Shown here piece after piece: positions 1 through 9,837 of a DNA stretch of 64,000 bases; position 1 is the first letter of the stretch, and every line of letters starts with the position of its first letter. The notes beneath the pieces were generated by a model. It had not been told where the DNA came from and made no database searches. It saw nothing but the letters and a program-made list of their open reading frames with translations. The DNA comes from Candidatus Latescibacterota bacterium. Lineage in GTDB: Bacteria > Latescibacterota > UBA2968 > UBA8231. The position numbers and the translations under genes are program-made. The stretch is taken from contig CBDAOB010000004.1 of the NCBI GenBank assembly GCA_965197905.1, positions 1,216,001-1,280,000 of the forward strand. Reading direction: 5' to 3'.

Positions 1-1
1 G

Positions 2-763
2 GCCAGGGTATGGCGCGCCCGCGACGGTGCGTTACTGCTTGAGGACCTGGACCAGCTGATAGGACCTCAGACCCGCCTGGTAACGGTATCGCTGGTCAGT
101 TTCTTCAACGGATTCCGCGTCTCCGTTCCCCAGATCGCCGAACACGTGCACACCCGGTCGGCCGCGCTGCTCGCCGTCGATGTCACCCAAGCCCTGGGAC
201 GAATCCCCCTGCGATTGGAAGGAGCCGACTTGATCGTCAGCTCGACCCACAAATGGATCCTCTCAACCCACGGTGGCGGACTGGTGGGCGTGCCAAAAGC
301 ACGCACAAAGGAGTGGACGGTGCCGGCGGGAGGTTGGTTTAATCTGGACGATCCGTTTCTGCGCGAAGACCGACTCGACCGGGCGGTCAGCCTCCCCGGC
401 GCCGACAGCTTTTCGGTGGGCATGCCCAACTATGGGGCCATATACGCAGCCAACGCCGCGCTGGGTTACATCCAATCCGTGGGCAGCGAGGCGATCGATG
501 CCTATTGCAAACCGCTGGTCGAGGCTTGTCTGCAAGGGATCGCCAAACTTCCGGTGGAGCTACTGACACCGCTTCAGCCCGAAGCGGTGGCCGGCATTCT
601 AGCGTTTCGCCACCCCGATGCGGAGAAAATCAACGGAGCTCTGCACGACCAGAACATCCATATCATGAGCCACGCAGGCCGTCTTCGGGTGGCCATCCAC
701 GGATACAACACCATGGACGATATAGATGTCTTGCTCGGAGCGTTACGCAGGGTGATAGGTTAA
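2..763 (+). CDS. Aminotransferase class V / cysteine desulfurase-like PLP enzyme (5' partial)
   Basis: Frame is open from base 2 (ARVWRARDG...LVTVSLVSFFNG). Motifs VDVTQALG, SSTHKW (PLP Lys) and LRVAIHGYNT. Confidence 0.85.
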   Translation, partial: ARVWRARDGALLLEDLDQLIGPQTRLVTVSLVSFFNGFRVSVPQIAEHVHTRSAALLAVDVTQALGRIPLRLEGADLIVSSTHKWILSTHGGGLVGVPKARTKEWTVPAGGWFNLDDPFLREDRLDRAVSLPGADSFSVGMPNYGAIYAANAALGYIQSVGSEAIDAYCKPLVEACLQGIAKLPVELLTPLQPEAVAGILAFRHPDAEKINGALHDQNIHIMSHAGRLRVAIHGYNTMDDIDVLLGALRRVIG

Positions 764-767
764 GTCT

Positions 768-1079
768 CTAGCTCGCCATCCCCAGAAGTGCGTCCAGCTT
801 TCCCGCCCGATCCAGATCGAACAGGGTGTCGTCGTCGCCGACATGCTCGCCGTTGACGAAGATCTGTGGGACTTCGTATTCACCTTGGGTCCGGCGGTGC
901 ATTTCGCGAAAGTTTCGCGTGGGAGGTTTCCATCCCAGTATCATCCATACATGGGTCTGCTGGTAGGGAATCCCCTTGCGGTTCAGCAACCACTTCACTT
1001 TCCAACACCACACACACATGGGAGACCAGTAGATCTGCACGTGGGCCGCGTTCGCTGTCTGTTCACGTGGAGTGGTCAA
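768..1079 (-). CDS. Glutaredoxin-family protein
   Basis: CVWC dithiol, EVPQIFVNGEHVG, C-terminal GKLDALLG. Start uncertain; TTG at 1079 chosen to avoid overlapping the permease. Confidence 0.75.
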   Translation of the reverse strand: MTTPREQTANAAHVQIYWSPMCVWCWKVKWLLNRKGIPYQQTHVWMILGWKPPTRNFREMHRRTQGEYEVPQIFVNGEHVGDDDTLFDLDRAGKLDALLGMAS

Positions 1080-1090
1080 AAAACAGCGCC

Positions 1091-2269
1091 TCAGCGCCCG
1101 TAGATGATGTTTTCCCGGCGAAACAGTCGAGCCGTCACCGCGACGCACACAAACCCGATCACGAGTGAGGAAAATCCCGCCAGGATAAAAAATCCGAAGC
1201 TTGCCGTTTCCCCTTGGAGGACCTTGGTCATCAGGGCTTGTTGGCCGAGCACGGGTATGGGATACATCCAGCTCTCGACGCTAGCCGCTTTTACGAGGAA
1301 CGCAATAACCGGAATCATCGGCACCAGCATCATTAGCGATAGGTAGGTCTGGGCTTCCTTGAAAGAGCGTGCGAAGCTGGAGATGAGAATTTGGAGCCCG
1401 GTTGCCAGCAACGCCATCGGTAGCGTGGCCGCCAGTACCCCGACGACTTCGAACGTTCCGAGGTTGAAACGCAGCCCCAATTCGGGAAGCGGCACGAACC
1501 GCAACGCGACGACCATGCCCGCAAACGTCAAGGCGATGCCGGATACCGAGAACGCGACGGCGGCCAGCCATTTGCCTAGCACGATAGCCAGGCGCGGCAC
1601 GGGGTTCACCAGCAGGCTCTCCAGGGATTCCCGCTCCCGCTCCCCTGCGGTGGTGTCGATGGCGACGTTCATACCAGCCATGAAGGCGGCCATCAATACG
1701 TACATGGGGATAAACAGCAGGATCCGCGCCGAGAGTTTCTGGGCGCTGGCGATTTCAACCTTGTTCAGTGCGATGGGTCGCACGATCTGCGGGCTTACGC
1801 CGCGCGCGATGAGCCGGAGTGTAGCTATGGTCTTCTCGTACGCTGTAATAGCTTCGCGAAGCTTTCGTTTCTCCGGGTCGCCTTCATCGTGTGAGCTGTC
1901 GACGATCATCTCCAATTCGACAGTGCGGCCCCGGGCGAATTTCTCGGCGAAATCCTCCGGGATAACCAGCACGTGGTCCACCTCGCGCTCACGCACAGCG
2001 AGATACGGATCGGCGGGACCTTGCACGGCGTGAATGTCTCTTTGCTGCAGCCAATCAATCAGCGCCGGCGCGTATTGGGCTCCCACTACGGGCACCTCCA
2101 CGCGGCCGGGTTCGCGCGTCTTGTCGGCCATCAAGTCGAACATGAAGATGATCATGGCCGGGATCAGCAGCGGGAACATGAGTGTGGAGAAGACCGAGCG
2201 TCGATCGCGCAGGCCGTCGATCAGCTCCTTGCGCAAGACCACGAGAACGAAGGAGGTGAGGGAGCTCAT
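1091..2269 (-). CDS. ABC-2 type permease (NatB-like)
   Basis: KELIDGLRDRR N-terminus, AGERERESLESLLVNPV, ARSFKEAQTY, multiple TM segments. ATG overlaps the ATPase stop. Confidence 0.88.
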   Translation of the reverse strand: MSSLTSFVLVVLRKELIDGLRDRRSVFSTLMFPLLIPAMIIFMFDLMADKTREPGRVEVPVVGAQYAPALIDWLQQRDIHAVQGPADPYLAVREREVDHVLVIPEDFAEKFARGRTVELEMIVDSSHDEGDPEKRKLREAITAYEKTIATLRLIARGVSPQIVRPIALNKVEIASAQKLSARILLFIPMYVLMAAFMAGMNVAIDTTAGERERESLESLLVNPVPRLAIVLGKWLAAVAFSVSGIALTFAGMVVALRFVPLPELGLRFNLGTFEVVGVLAATLPMALLATGLQILISSFARSFKEAQTYLSLMMLVPMIPVIAFLVKAASVESWMYPIPVLGQQALMTKVLQGETASFGFFILAGFSSLVIGFVCVAVTARLFRRENIIYGR

Positions 2270-2997
2270 TCCACCGCCTCGTCGATTCCGGTGAGTACCA
2301 CGAAGGCGTCCTCGAGGTTGCGGTGTCCGGTCTGTTCTAGCAGTTCTTCCGGGGCTCCTTGGGCGGCGATAGTGCCGCCGGCCATGATCACGATGTGGTC
2401 GCAGAGGGTCGAGACTTCCTGCATGACGTGGCTGGAGAACAGCACGCAATGGCCCGCGTCCCGCAACGTGCGGATCAATCGCCGCACGGCACGGGTGCTC
2501 TGTACATCGAGACCATTGGTGGGCTCGTCCAGCATCAGGTTGTTCGGCCCGTGCACCAACGCCCGGGCGAGAAAAACCTTCATGCGTTCCCCGTGGGAGA
2601 ACCCCTGTGCCCTACGGTCGGCGATTTCGTTCATCTCCAGAAGCTGGATCAGTTCCTCTATTCTCTCTTCCAGGTCGGCGCCGGCCAATCCGTGCAGCTG
2701 ACCGAAATAGCGTATGTGCTCGCGGGCCGTCAGCCGTTGGTACAACCCCTGAGCGTCCGGCAAAACCCCGATGCGAGACTGTGCCGACAACGGTTCGAGA
2801 CCAACATCGATGCCGTCGATACGCATCTGACCTGCGTCCGGTTCGATGAGGCCGTAGAGCATGCGCAAAGTCGTGGTCTTGCCGGCGCCGTTAGGTCCCA
2901 GGAGCCCGGTGACAGATCCGTTCGCAGCGGTAAAGCTGGCGCCATCCACCGCGACGATCTCGCCGAAACGTTTTCGCAGCTGCTCGACTTCGATCAT
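2266..2997 (-). CDS. ABC transporter ATP-binding protein (NatA-like)
   Basis: Walker A GPNGAGKTT, signature FSHGE, Walker B LMLDEP, SSH switch. Confidence 0.92.
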   Translation of the reverse strand: MIEVEQLRKRFGEIVAVDGASFTAANGSVTGLLGPNGAGKTTTLRMLYGLIEPDAGQMRIDGIDVGLEPLSAQSRIGVLPDAQGLYQRLTAREHIRYFGQLHGLAGADLEERIEELIQLLEMNEIADRRAQGFSHGERMKVFLARALVHGPNNLMLDEPTNGLDVQSTRAVRRLIRTLRDAGHCVLFSSHVMQEVSTLCDHIVIMAGGTIAAQGAPEELLEQTGHRNLEDAFVVLTGIDEAVE

Positions 2998-4475
2998 TTG
3001 TTCTCGGACACCACAGGGCCCGTAGGGCTGTTGAAGAACGGCATTCGGTGCAGGTCTTCGACGCAGCTGGTATCGAGACTGTCGGCACTCGCCGCGTTTA
3101 CGAACTCGAGAATGAGCTCGGGGACACACCCTTTAGCCAGGGTTCCATGGGCAACCCCTGGTACGATAACGTGGCGCGCGTTTGACAGGTGTCCGGCTAC
3201 CTGCTCGCCCCATCGGGGTGGCGTAACCGGATCGACATCGCCGGAAAGCACCAGGGCAGGAATCTCCGAACCGATCGGCTCGTGATAACCTTGTGGCAGC
3301 TCTCCCCGCGGCCAGTTTCCGCAGGACTCGCGGAAGCGCTCGACAAGCGCACCCTTCAGAAAGCTTTCGGGGTGCGTCTCCACCGCGACCCGGGGGAAGT
3401 CCTCGGAGCACAATACCGAAAGGAGCATTCCGGTACTGAACTTTTGTTCGATGCCGTCAAAAGCGGAGGACATGGTAATCAGAGGTTGAAAGTCTCCGGC
3501 GTAAGCACGGTCGATCAGAAGGGGCAGCAGGGAAGTCAATTCCGCGTTGTAAAGGACGGCGCGGACGAGGGTGGCGACAATCTCCCGCTGCATGACGGTG
3601 GTGGTTTCCTCGCCAGAAAAAGGATCAGCCAGGGAAACCTTCTCGGGATCCTGCTCCAGTCTATCTAGAAGGTCGTAAAACTTGGCTTCGAGATCGGGGA
3701 AGGTTTTGTTGCAGTTGGGGTCGCGCTGGCAATCAGCAAGCATCTTGTCCAGGGCACGTTGGCTGTCCTCGCCGAAATGTTCGGGAATAGCCATGTCGGT
3801 CGGGGCTACACCATCTAGGACTGCCGAACGCACCTGCTCTCCGTGACGGCGCATATACTCCAGCCCTGCCCGCGTCCCGTAAGATCCCCCGTACAGGTTT
3901 ATCTTTTCATAGCCCAGCGCCACCCTCACCTCGTCCAGATCGTCCATCGCAATGGGTGTGGTGTAGAGCTTCAGATTTGCATTGGCAGCGAGGCTGTCGG
4001 CACAAGCCTGTAGAAATCCGAGGTCGGGCTGGACCTCGAAGCGAGCCGCAAAATCGAGATCGTACTCGCAGTTCAAGGGATTGGAGGATCCGGTACCCCG
4101 TTGATCCACCAGAACGATGTCGCGCTCGCGATTCAGCTTCTTAAAAACCTTGCGGATCCCCTTGACCAAGTCGGTTGCTCCCATTCCTGGTCCGCCGGCG
4201 AGGAAGAAGAAGGGATCCGGCTTAGAATTGCTTTTTAGTGCGGGTAGAACAACTACGTTCAGCGAGATGGTGCGACCGCTGCGGCTCTCGCGGTCCTCGA
4301 ACACCTCTACCTGGCCGCATTGAGCTATGGATACACCCATTTCTCGAGCGCAATCGGTCAGCTCAACAGTGGGTGTTGGTTTCGAGACGGAGGGAGCGGT
4401 GCAACCAACAACGGCCATCACCACCGCTGCTCCCAGTGGGATCATCATCGACATGGTCGGACGCAGTGCAGTCAA
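2994..4475 (-). CDS. Alpha/beta hydrolase lipoprotein (TAP-like peptidase)
   Basis: Lipobox VVGC, GGPG, DQRGTG, nucleophile GGSYG, DPVTP, GVAHG. Start uncertain. Confidence 0.85.
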   Translation of the reverse strand: MTALRPTMSMMIPLGAAVVMAVVGCTAPSVSKPTPTVELTDCAREMGVSIAQCGQVEVFEDRESRSGRTISLNVVVLPALKSNSKPDPFFFLAGGPGMGATDLVKGIRKVFKKLNRERDIVLVDQRGTGSSNPLNCEYDLDFAARFEVQPDLGFLQACADSLAANANLKLYTTPIAMDDLDEVRVALGYEKINLYGGSYGTRAGLEYMRRHGEQVRSAVLDGVAPTDMAIPEHFGEDSQRALDKMLADCQRDPNCNKTFPDLEAKFYDLLDRLEQDPEKVSLADPFSGEETTTVMQREIVATLVRAVLYNAELTSLLPLLIDRAYAGDFQPLITMSSAFDGIEQKFSTGMLLSVLCSEDFPRVAVETHPESFLKGALVERFRESCGNWPRGELPQGYHEPIGSEIPALVLSGDVDPVTPPRWGEQVAGHLSNARHVIVPGVAHGTLAKGCVPELILEFVNAASADSLDTSCVEDLHRMPFFNSPTGPVVSENK

Positions 4476-4479
4476 TCCG

Positions 4480-4626
4480 TTACTCGGTCCAGAAAGCGAA
4501 GAGGTCAGCGTTGCGAAGCTGGAACCGCAGTCGCACGGTCTGACCGATCTGCGCGTAGGTCGTGTGGTTCAAGTACCCGATGGCCCGGGCGACAATCACC
4601 GATAAGATGTATCTGCTCCTTCTCAT
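4480..4626 (-). pseudogene. Probable internally deleted gene remnant (48 codons)
   Basis: Signal-peptide-like MRRSRYILSVIVARAIG joined directly to GQTVRLRFQLRNADLFAFWTE, which resembles the terminal strand of secreted glycoside-hydrolase-like proteins. Confidence 0.35.
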
Positions 4627-4732
4627 TCCATTCTCATTGGAGATGGCTGTCTGGGTCCTGGCAAACGTGCCCGTGCCTTCGACGCTTGTGCCCCAGGGGC
4701 ACTCGATAGCTCTATAGAGCAATGTGAGGATT

Positions 4733-5143
4733 TCAGTTCGAATCGCGAGATTTCTCGTCGAAATCAAGTGACGCGGAATTCATGCAGTAACGTTGACCGG
4801 TAGGCTGGGGACCATCCGGAAAGAGATGCCCGAGATGGGCGTCGCATTTGCTGCAAAGCACCTCCGTGCGTGTCATGCCATGGCTGCGGTCGGTTTTCTC
4901 CGCCACGCAATCGTCGGCGATCGGCTTCCAGAAGCTTGGCCACCCGGTGCCAGACTCGAACTTGGCGTCGGAGGCGAACAGGGACTGGCCGCAGCAGACA
5001 CAGGTGTAGGTGCCGGCCTGTTTGGAGTCGTGGTATTTCCCCGTAAACGGCCGCTCGGTCCCCTTTTGGCGGGTGACATGGTATTGCTCATCCGTCAGCT
5101 GCTGGCGCCATTCTGCTTCACTCTTCTCGATTTTATCACTCAC
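4733..5143 (-). CDS. msrB: Peptide-methionine (R)-S-oxide reductase
   Basis: GTERPFTG, two CxxC Zn ligand pairs, [24 protein letters not shown]. Confidence 0.97.
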   Translation of the reverse strand: MSDKIEKSEAEWRQQLTDEQYHVTRQKGTERPFTGKYHDSKQAGTYTCVCCGQSLFASDAKFESGTGWPSFWKPIADDCVAEKTDRSHGMTRTEVLCSKCDAHLGHLFPDGPQPTGQRYCMNSASLDFDEKSRDSN

Positions 5144-5159
5144 AGTATCATGGATTCCT

Positions 5160-6488
5160 TCAGCTCACGAGCCGGCGGAATACGTCCTGCTTGGTGTCGC
5201 ACTCCAAAAGGCGGTCCAGATCGCCGCTGTCGAGACCGGACTTGATCACTTCCATCGACTCTTTGGCCGCTACCACGGTTTCCTGGATGTCTTCGTCGGT
5301 GTGCGCCAGGGTGGAGATGAAACTCAAGCCGAAACAGCCGCGCTTGCACATCTCCTGCATGAACAGAGTCGATACCTTGGGTGCGAGAGACGGATCGGGA
5401 GGATCGAAGGTGATCGCCGGGTGCAGACCTGCGCACCGACCCTTCAAGCCCGACGCCTCGATCGCGCCGTTCAACGCATCGGTCACCTTCTTGTTGAGCT
5501 CAGCGAAGCGCTCTGTGGAGTTTCGCCGTTTGAGCTCGCGAATGGTGGTGACGGACGCGGCCAGGCCAACATTGTCGCTCCAGTAGGAGCTGGACAGGAA
5601 CATGCGTGCGGCCGGCTCCATCGCTTCGCGTGAACCGACGATCGCTCCCATCGGATAGCCGTTCGATATCGCTTTCGCCAACACCGTCATGTCGGGAGTG
5701 ACCCCAACGACCTCCTGAACGCCACCCAGCGAGATCCGCCAGCCGCAGGACACCTCGTCGAAGATCAGTATGACATCGTGCTCGCGCGCAAGTGCTTGAA
5801 CAGCTTCGAGGTATCCGGGCTCGGGCAGTTTGGAGCGCGCCGGCTCCATCATGATGGCAGCCACCTCGCCATGGTTCTCTTTCAGCAGATTCTCCAGCAT
5901 CTCCAGGTCACCGTAGACAAACGGAATCGCCGTGCCGGCCAGCACCCGCGGAACACCGATGGGCTCGATGCCTGAGAAAGGGAACTCTCCGCTGTCGGGA
6001 TCCACCAGATAATTGGCCGATTGGTACCAGTCATGCCAGCCATGATACCCACAGAAGAGAATCTTGTCTCGATTCTTGGTGCCGCGGGCGATGCGCACGG
6101 CGACGGCGCACGCTTCACCGCCGCTCCGCGTGTAGCGACACATCTCCGCACTCGGGATGGTCTCCACCAGCAGTCGCGCCAGTTCCACCTCAAGGGGATT
6201 GTTCACCGAAAAAAGGCTGCCGCGGTCGATCTGTTCTTTTACCGCGGCATTCACGACCTCATCGGCATGGCCGAGAATGACGGCGGTAAAACAGCTGAGC
6301 CAGTCGATATATTCGTTGCCGTCCACGTCGACAAAGCGCGATCCTTTGGCACGTTCGGCGTAATTCGGGCTGACACCGCTGGCATACATGTAGGCTCGGC
6401 GCCCAATGAGCTGGGTGTGGCCCGGTATGAGCTCTCCGGCCTCCTTGTAGATCTCGGTGGAACGTGCTATCCCTTTGTACCCAGACAA
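5160..6488 (-). CDS. Class III aminotransferase (GSA aminomutase-like), paralogue 1
   Basis: [31 protein letters not shown] (PLP Lys). Confidence 0.9.
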   Translation of the reverse strand: MSGYKGIARSTEIYKEAGELIPGHTQLIGRRAYMYASGVSPNYAERAKGSRFVDVDGNEYIDWLSCFTAVILGHADEVVNAAVKEQIDRGSLFSVNNPLEVELARLLVETIPSAEMCRYTRSGGEACAVAVRIARGTKNRDKILFCGYHGWHDWYQSANYLVDPDSGEFPFSGIEPIGVPRVLAGTAIPFVYGDLEMLENLLKENHGEVAAIMMEPARSKLPEPGYLEAVQALAREHDVILIFDEVSCGWRISLGGVQEVVGVTPDMTVLAKAISNGYPMGAIVGSREAMEPAARMFLSSSYWSDNVGLAASVTTIRELKRRNSTERFAELNKKVTDALNGAIEASGLKGRCAGLHPAITFDPPDPSLAPKVSTLFMQEMCKRGCFGLSFISTLAHTDEDIQETVVAAKESMEVIKSGLDSGDLDRLLECDTKQDVFRRLVS

Positions 6489-6519
6489 TGCTGACTCCTT
6501 GATTTTAGGGTTTCGCTTG

Positions 6520-7857
6520 TTACGTGACTTGCCGGCGAAACGGATCCTCTTTCGTGTCGCAGACCAACAGACTCGCCACGTCGCCTTTGTCGAGCCCCGC
6601 TTTGATTACCTGCAGCGCCTCCGTGGCCGCGCGGGCGGTTATCTGCAGGTCCTCGTCGGTGTGGGCCATGTTTGCCTTGAACCCCATGTGGCAGTGAATT
6701 CCACGGCGCGCCATCTCCTGCACAAAGAGGGTCGAAATGGTCGGCTGCAAACTCGGATCAGGCAGTTCGAGCGAGATATTGACGTTGACGTGCAGGCCGG
6801 TGCAGTTCCCCGACAGGCCGGCGTTGGCGATCGCTTCATTCATCGCCGCACGCACCTTCTCTCCGTACTCCTGGAAGAACTGTTCGGAGTTTCTCCGCTT
6901 CAGTTCGCGGATCGTGGTGATAGCCGCCGTGAGACCTACATTGTCGCTCCAGTACGAGCTGGAGATGAACATGCGCGCGGCCGGCTCCATAACCTCCCTG
7001 CTGCCAACCACAGCCCCCATGGCGTAACCGTTTCCCATTGCCTTGGCCAGCGCCGTCATATCGGGGGTCACGCCGACAGCTTCTTGAATGCCGGCGATTC
7101 TGTAGCGCCACCCGCACGAAACCTCGTCGAAGATCAAAAAGGCATCGTTCTTGTGAGTTATCTCTTTCACCGCCTCCAGGTAGCCAGGCTTGGGGAGCTC
7201 GGAACGCGCCGGCTCCATCATAACCGCCGCCACTTCGCCTTTGTTCTCCTCGAACAAACGCTCCAACATCTCCAGGTTGCCATCACTGAACGGAATGGCC
7301 GTTCCCGCCAGCACCTTCGGTACTCCCGTCGGCTCGATTCCGGCAAAGGGGTACTCACCGCTCTCCGGATCGACCAGATAGTTGGCCGATTGGTACCAGT
7401 CGTGCCAACCGTGGTATCCGCAGAACAGAATCTTGTCTTTGTTGGCGGTGCCGCGGGCGATGCGCGCAGCCACCGCGCACGAGTCACCGCCGCCTTTGGT
7501 ATAACGGACCATCTCGGCGCTGGGAATCGTGGCGATCAGCTCTTCTGCCAGCTCCACCTCCAACGGATGGTTGACGGTGTAGAGGCTACCGCGATCGATC
7601 TGCTCTTTGACGGCCGTGTCCACAACTTCGTCCGCGTGCCCCAGGATGACGGCACCGACGCAGTTTATCCAGTCGATGAATTCGTTGCCGTCCACATCCA
7701 CGAATCGGGACCCCTTCGCACTCTGGGCGTAGACCGGATTGACGCCGTTGGCAAACTGGCTGGCGCGCCGGCTGATGAGCTGGGTCCAACCGGGTATGAT
7801 CTCGCCGGCCCTCTTGTAGAGCGCCATGGATTTCGATACATCGGGAAAATCGGACAT
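6520..7857 (-). CDS. Class III aminotransferase (GSA aminomutase-like), paralogue 2
   Basis: [31 protein letters not shown]. Colinear with 5160..6488. Confidence 0.9.
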   Translation of the reverse strand: MSDFPDVSKSMALYKRAGEIIPGWTQLISRRASQFANGVNPVYAQSAKGSRFVDVDGNEFIDWINCVGAVILGHADEVVDTAVKEQIDRGSLYTVNHPLEVELAEELIATIPSAEMVRYTKGGGDSCAVAARIARGTANKDKILFCGYHGWHDWYQSANYLVDPESGEYPFAGIEPTGVPKVLAGTAIPFSDGNLEMLERLFEENKGEVAAVMMEPARSELPKPGYLEAVKEITHKNDAFLIFDEVSCGWRYRIAGIQEAVGVTPDMTALAKAMGNGYAMGAVVGSREVMEPAARMFISSSYWSDNVGLTAAITTIRELKRRNSEQFFQEYGEKVRAAMNEAIANAGLSGNCTGLHVNVNISLELPDPSLQPTISTLFVQEMARRGIHCHMGFKANMAHTDEDLQITARAATEALQVIKAGLDKGDVASLLVCDTKEDPFRRQVT

Positions 7858-8047
7858 CGCAGGACTCCTTTCAGTTCAGTATCTCGCTGTAAATGGCAAC
7901 GGCATTCTCGGTTTCGAGCTCCACCGGATTCTGGCTCAGCAGGCGGTCGACACTCATGCCGATCTCCACCATCCGCGGAATGTCCTCCTTGCCCAAACCG
8001 GAAGATTCCAGCGACCCGAAGGGGGTGTGCTTGCGTCTGAGGTCTCT

Positions 8048-8663
8048 CTTGGAGGTTTCCACCATCCAGCTCCCCGCCAGGACGCGGAAGTCATTCGCGT
8101 TCCCAGTTCCGATCTTGGCTGCGCGCCGCAACCATTTGTACCACGCCCGTTGGGCGTGGTTGCCGAAGTCGCCTCAGCCTCACGAGGGCGGCGTGTTCGC
8201 AACCGGCTCGGCCGCACCAGTCGACGCCACGATCCGTCGGCGGCGCGACGTCCGCGTACATACGGCTCCGCCGCCAGTACCAGGTGAAACCGAGCAGGTC
8301 GAAGGTCCCAGGGCCTTTGCCCCTCACTTGCGTCCTCGATGGACGCTGGAAGGAGACCAGCCGGGTTTTGTTCGGCTGCAGCCTCAGGCCGAAGCGGTCC
8401 TGCCGAGCACTCTCACCCGCTCAGCGTCTTCGCGTAGCTCGAAACCAGTCATCTCGCGCCCCGGGGCCGAATCAGATCCTCGAACCACGTCATTTACCCA
8501 GCAGCGGGGAAAGCCCCGAGCCGCGTCCGGAGTCACAAACCCCATGTCTTCGCGACGAGCCGGTTGATCCTCGCAGATTGCAGTCCCGAAACAGGGGCTC
8601 GTACACTGCCTCCAACACCTCTCGTAGCGCCCCCTGCACAAGCTTGTCCTCGAAGCAGGAGAT
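8048..8663 (-). mobile_element. Degraded group II intron (RT/maturase fragments plus partial domain V)
   Basis: Fragments in shifting frames: ISCFEDKLVQGALREVLEAVYEPLFRDC, SGLSPLLG, GFELREDAERV, RFGLRLQPNKTRLVSF, GPGTFDLLGFTWYWRRSR, RAWYKWLRR. Domain V-like GAGCTGGATGGTGGAAACCTCCAAG at 8072-8048. Confidence 0.85.
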
Positions 8664-9062
8664 GCGCCTCCGGCAGATTGTGCCTCATGACGCCGGGAAG
8701 CAACAGGGCCACTGCAGCGCCGTGGGGAACAGGACGCCCCTTCTCCTTGGAAACATTCTCGATGCCGTACCCCAGGGCATGTCCTGCGCCAGTGTTTATG
8801 TGACTCAGAAGGAATCCGGCAAGCATGCTGCAGAGCGCCATCTGGTGTCGCGCTTCGGGGTCATCGGCGCCGCGCTCGACAGCGCGCTCGAAACACGGAC
8901 ATCCAACCTTCAGCGCCTCCCGCGCCACCGCATCCCCAAGCGGGTTGCTCTTCTTGGAAGCGGTGCATTCCAACGCGTGACCGATGGCATCCAGACCGGT
9001 CACCGCCGTCAGTAGGGGCGGCATAGAAGCGGACAGTTGAGGATCGACGATGGCAACCCGGG

Positions 9063-9100
9063 GCCACTGCTTCTCGCTCATGCCACTGCTTCTCGCTCAT
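9063..9100. repeat. Perfect 19-bp tandem duplication
   Basis: gccactgcttctcgctcat twice (9063-9081, 9082-9100); duplicates MSEKQW and shifts the frame. Confidence 0.95.
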
Positions 9101-9837
9101 GACCCCCTTCTTGCCATCCTTGCCGACGAATACAGCGCCGCGACTAACTTCGGCGCCGGTTCCCGCCGTGGTGGGAATCCCGATCAATGGCCATCGCGCC
9201 GGCGCGGGAAAGAGCTCGAATCCGAAATAGTCGGTGACCGAGCCGCCGACGGTCGCCACGCACAGTCCAGTCTTGGCGGTGTCCATGGTGCTGCCGCCGC
9301 CCAGGGCGACGAAGGCGTCGCACTCGATGCCGTTGGCGTACGCGGCAAAGCGGTCAACGCTTTCGATGGTGGGGTTCGGCACGATGTCGGTGTAGACATC
9401 CACCAGCTCGATGCCCGCCCCCTTGAGAACTTCAGCCACCGCTGCTTCCAGCGGTTTGATATCGGCGTCGCGGACCAGCACCACTCGACTCGCATTGAGC
9501 CTGGCGCACTCGGCACCGAGCTCCGACAGGGCCCCACCTCCGAAGAGAACCCGGCGGGTGTCGAACTGGAAGAAATCGGCAAGCTCGGCCAATCGCTGCT
9601 CATTGGAGAAATACTCCATGCCAGCGAAGATCTCCTGGTTTACCTGGAGTTTCGATTTTTTCAAAGTGCGCGTTTTCCTTTGGCGGATGCGGGTAGACAA
9701 GGTACTCATAATGAAAAAGACAGCCAATACGTTGAACTGAAGTGCGCCGGGAAGCAGATACAGATTGTCGACGGCGGGATTATGGGATAGTTTCGTGCGC
9801 GCGTTCGCCCGTAGACAGATCATAGAGGAGCGTGTTC

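Larger units (their letters stand above)
7871..9619 (-). pseudogene. Iron-containing alcohol dehydrogenase, disrupted
   Basis: GGGSTMDTAK, IPTTAGTGAEVS, DAIGHALE, HALGY and PHG motifs. Frameshift from a 19-bp tandem duplication at 9063-9100; intron remnant at ~8048-8663; C-terminal EDIPRMVE...LSQNPV at 7871-8045. Confidence 0.85.

Noticed and set aside
5160..7857. Assigning hemL
   Set aside because: No hem gene context, and the N-terminal PGGVNSPVR motif typical of HemL is missing.
6457..8040. 527-aa plus-strand ORF
   Set aside because: Antisense shadow of the aminotransferase gene; no recognisable motifs.
8048..8663. Functional retron, DGR or defence RT
   Set aside because: Motifs are of group II intron type, fragmented across frames, with no intact YADD and no accessory genes.
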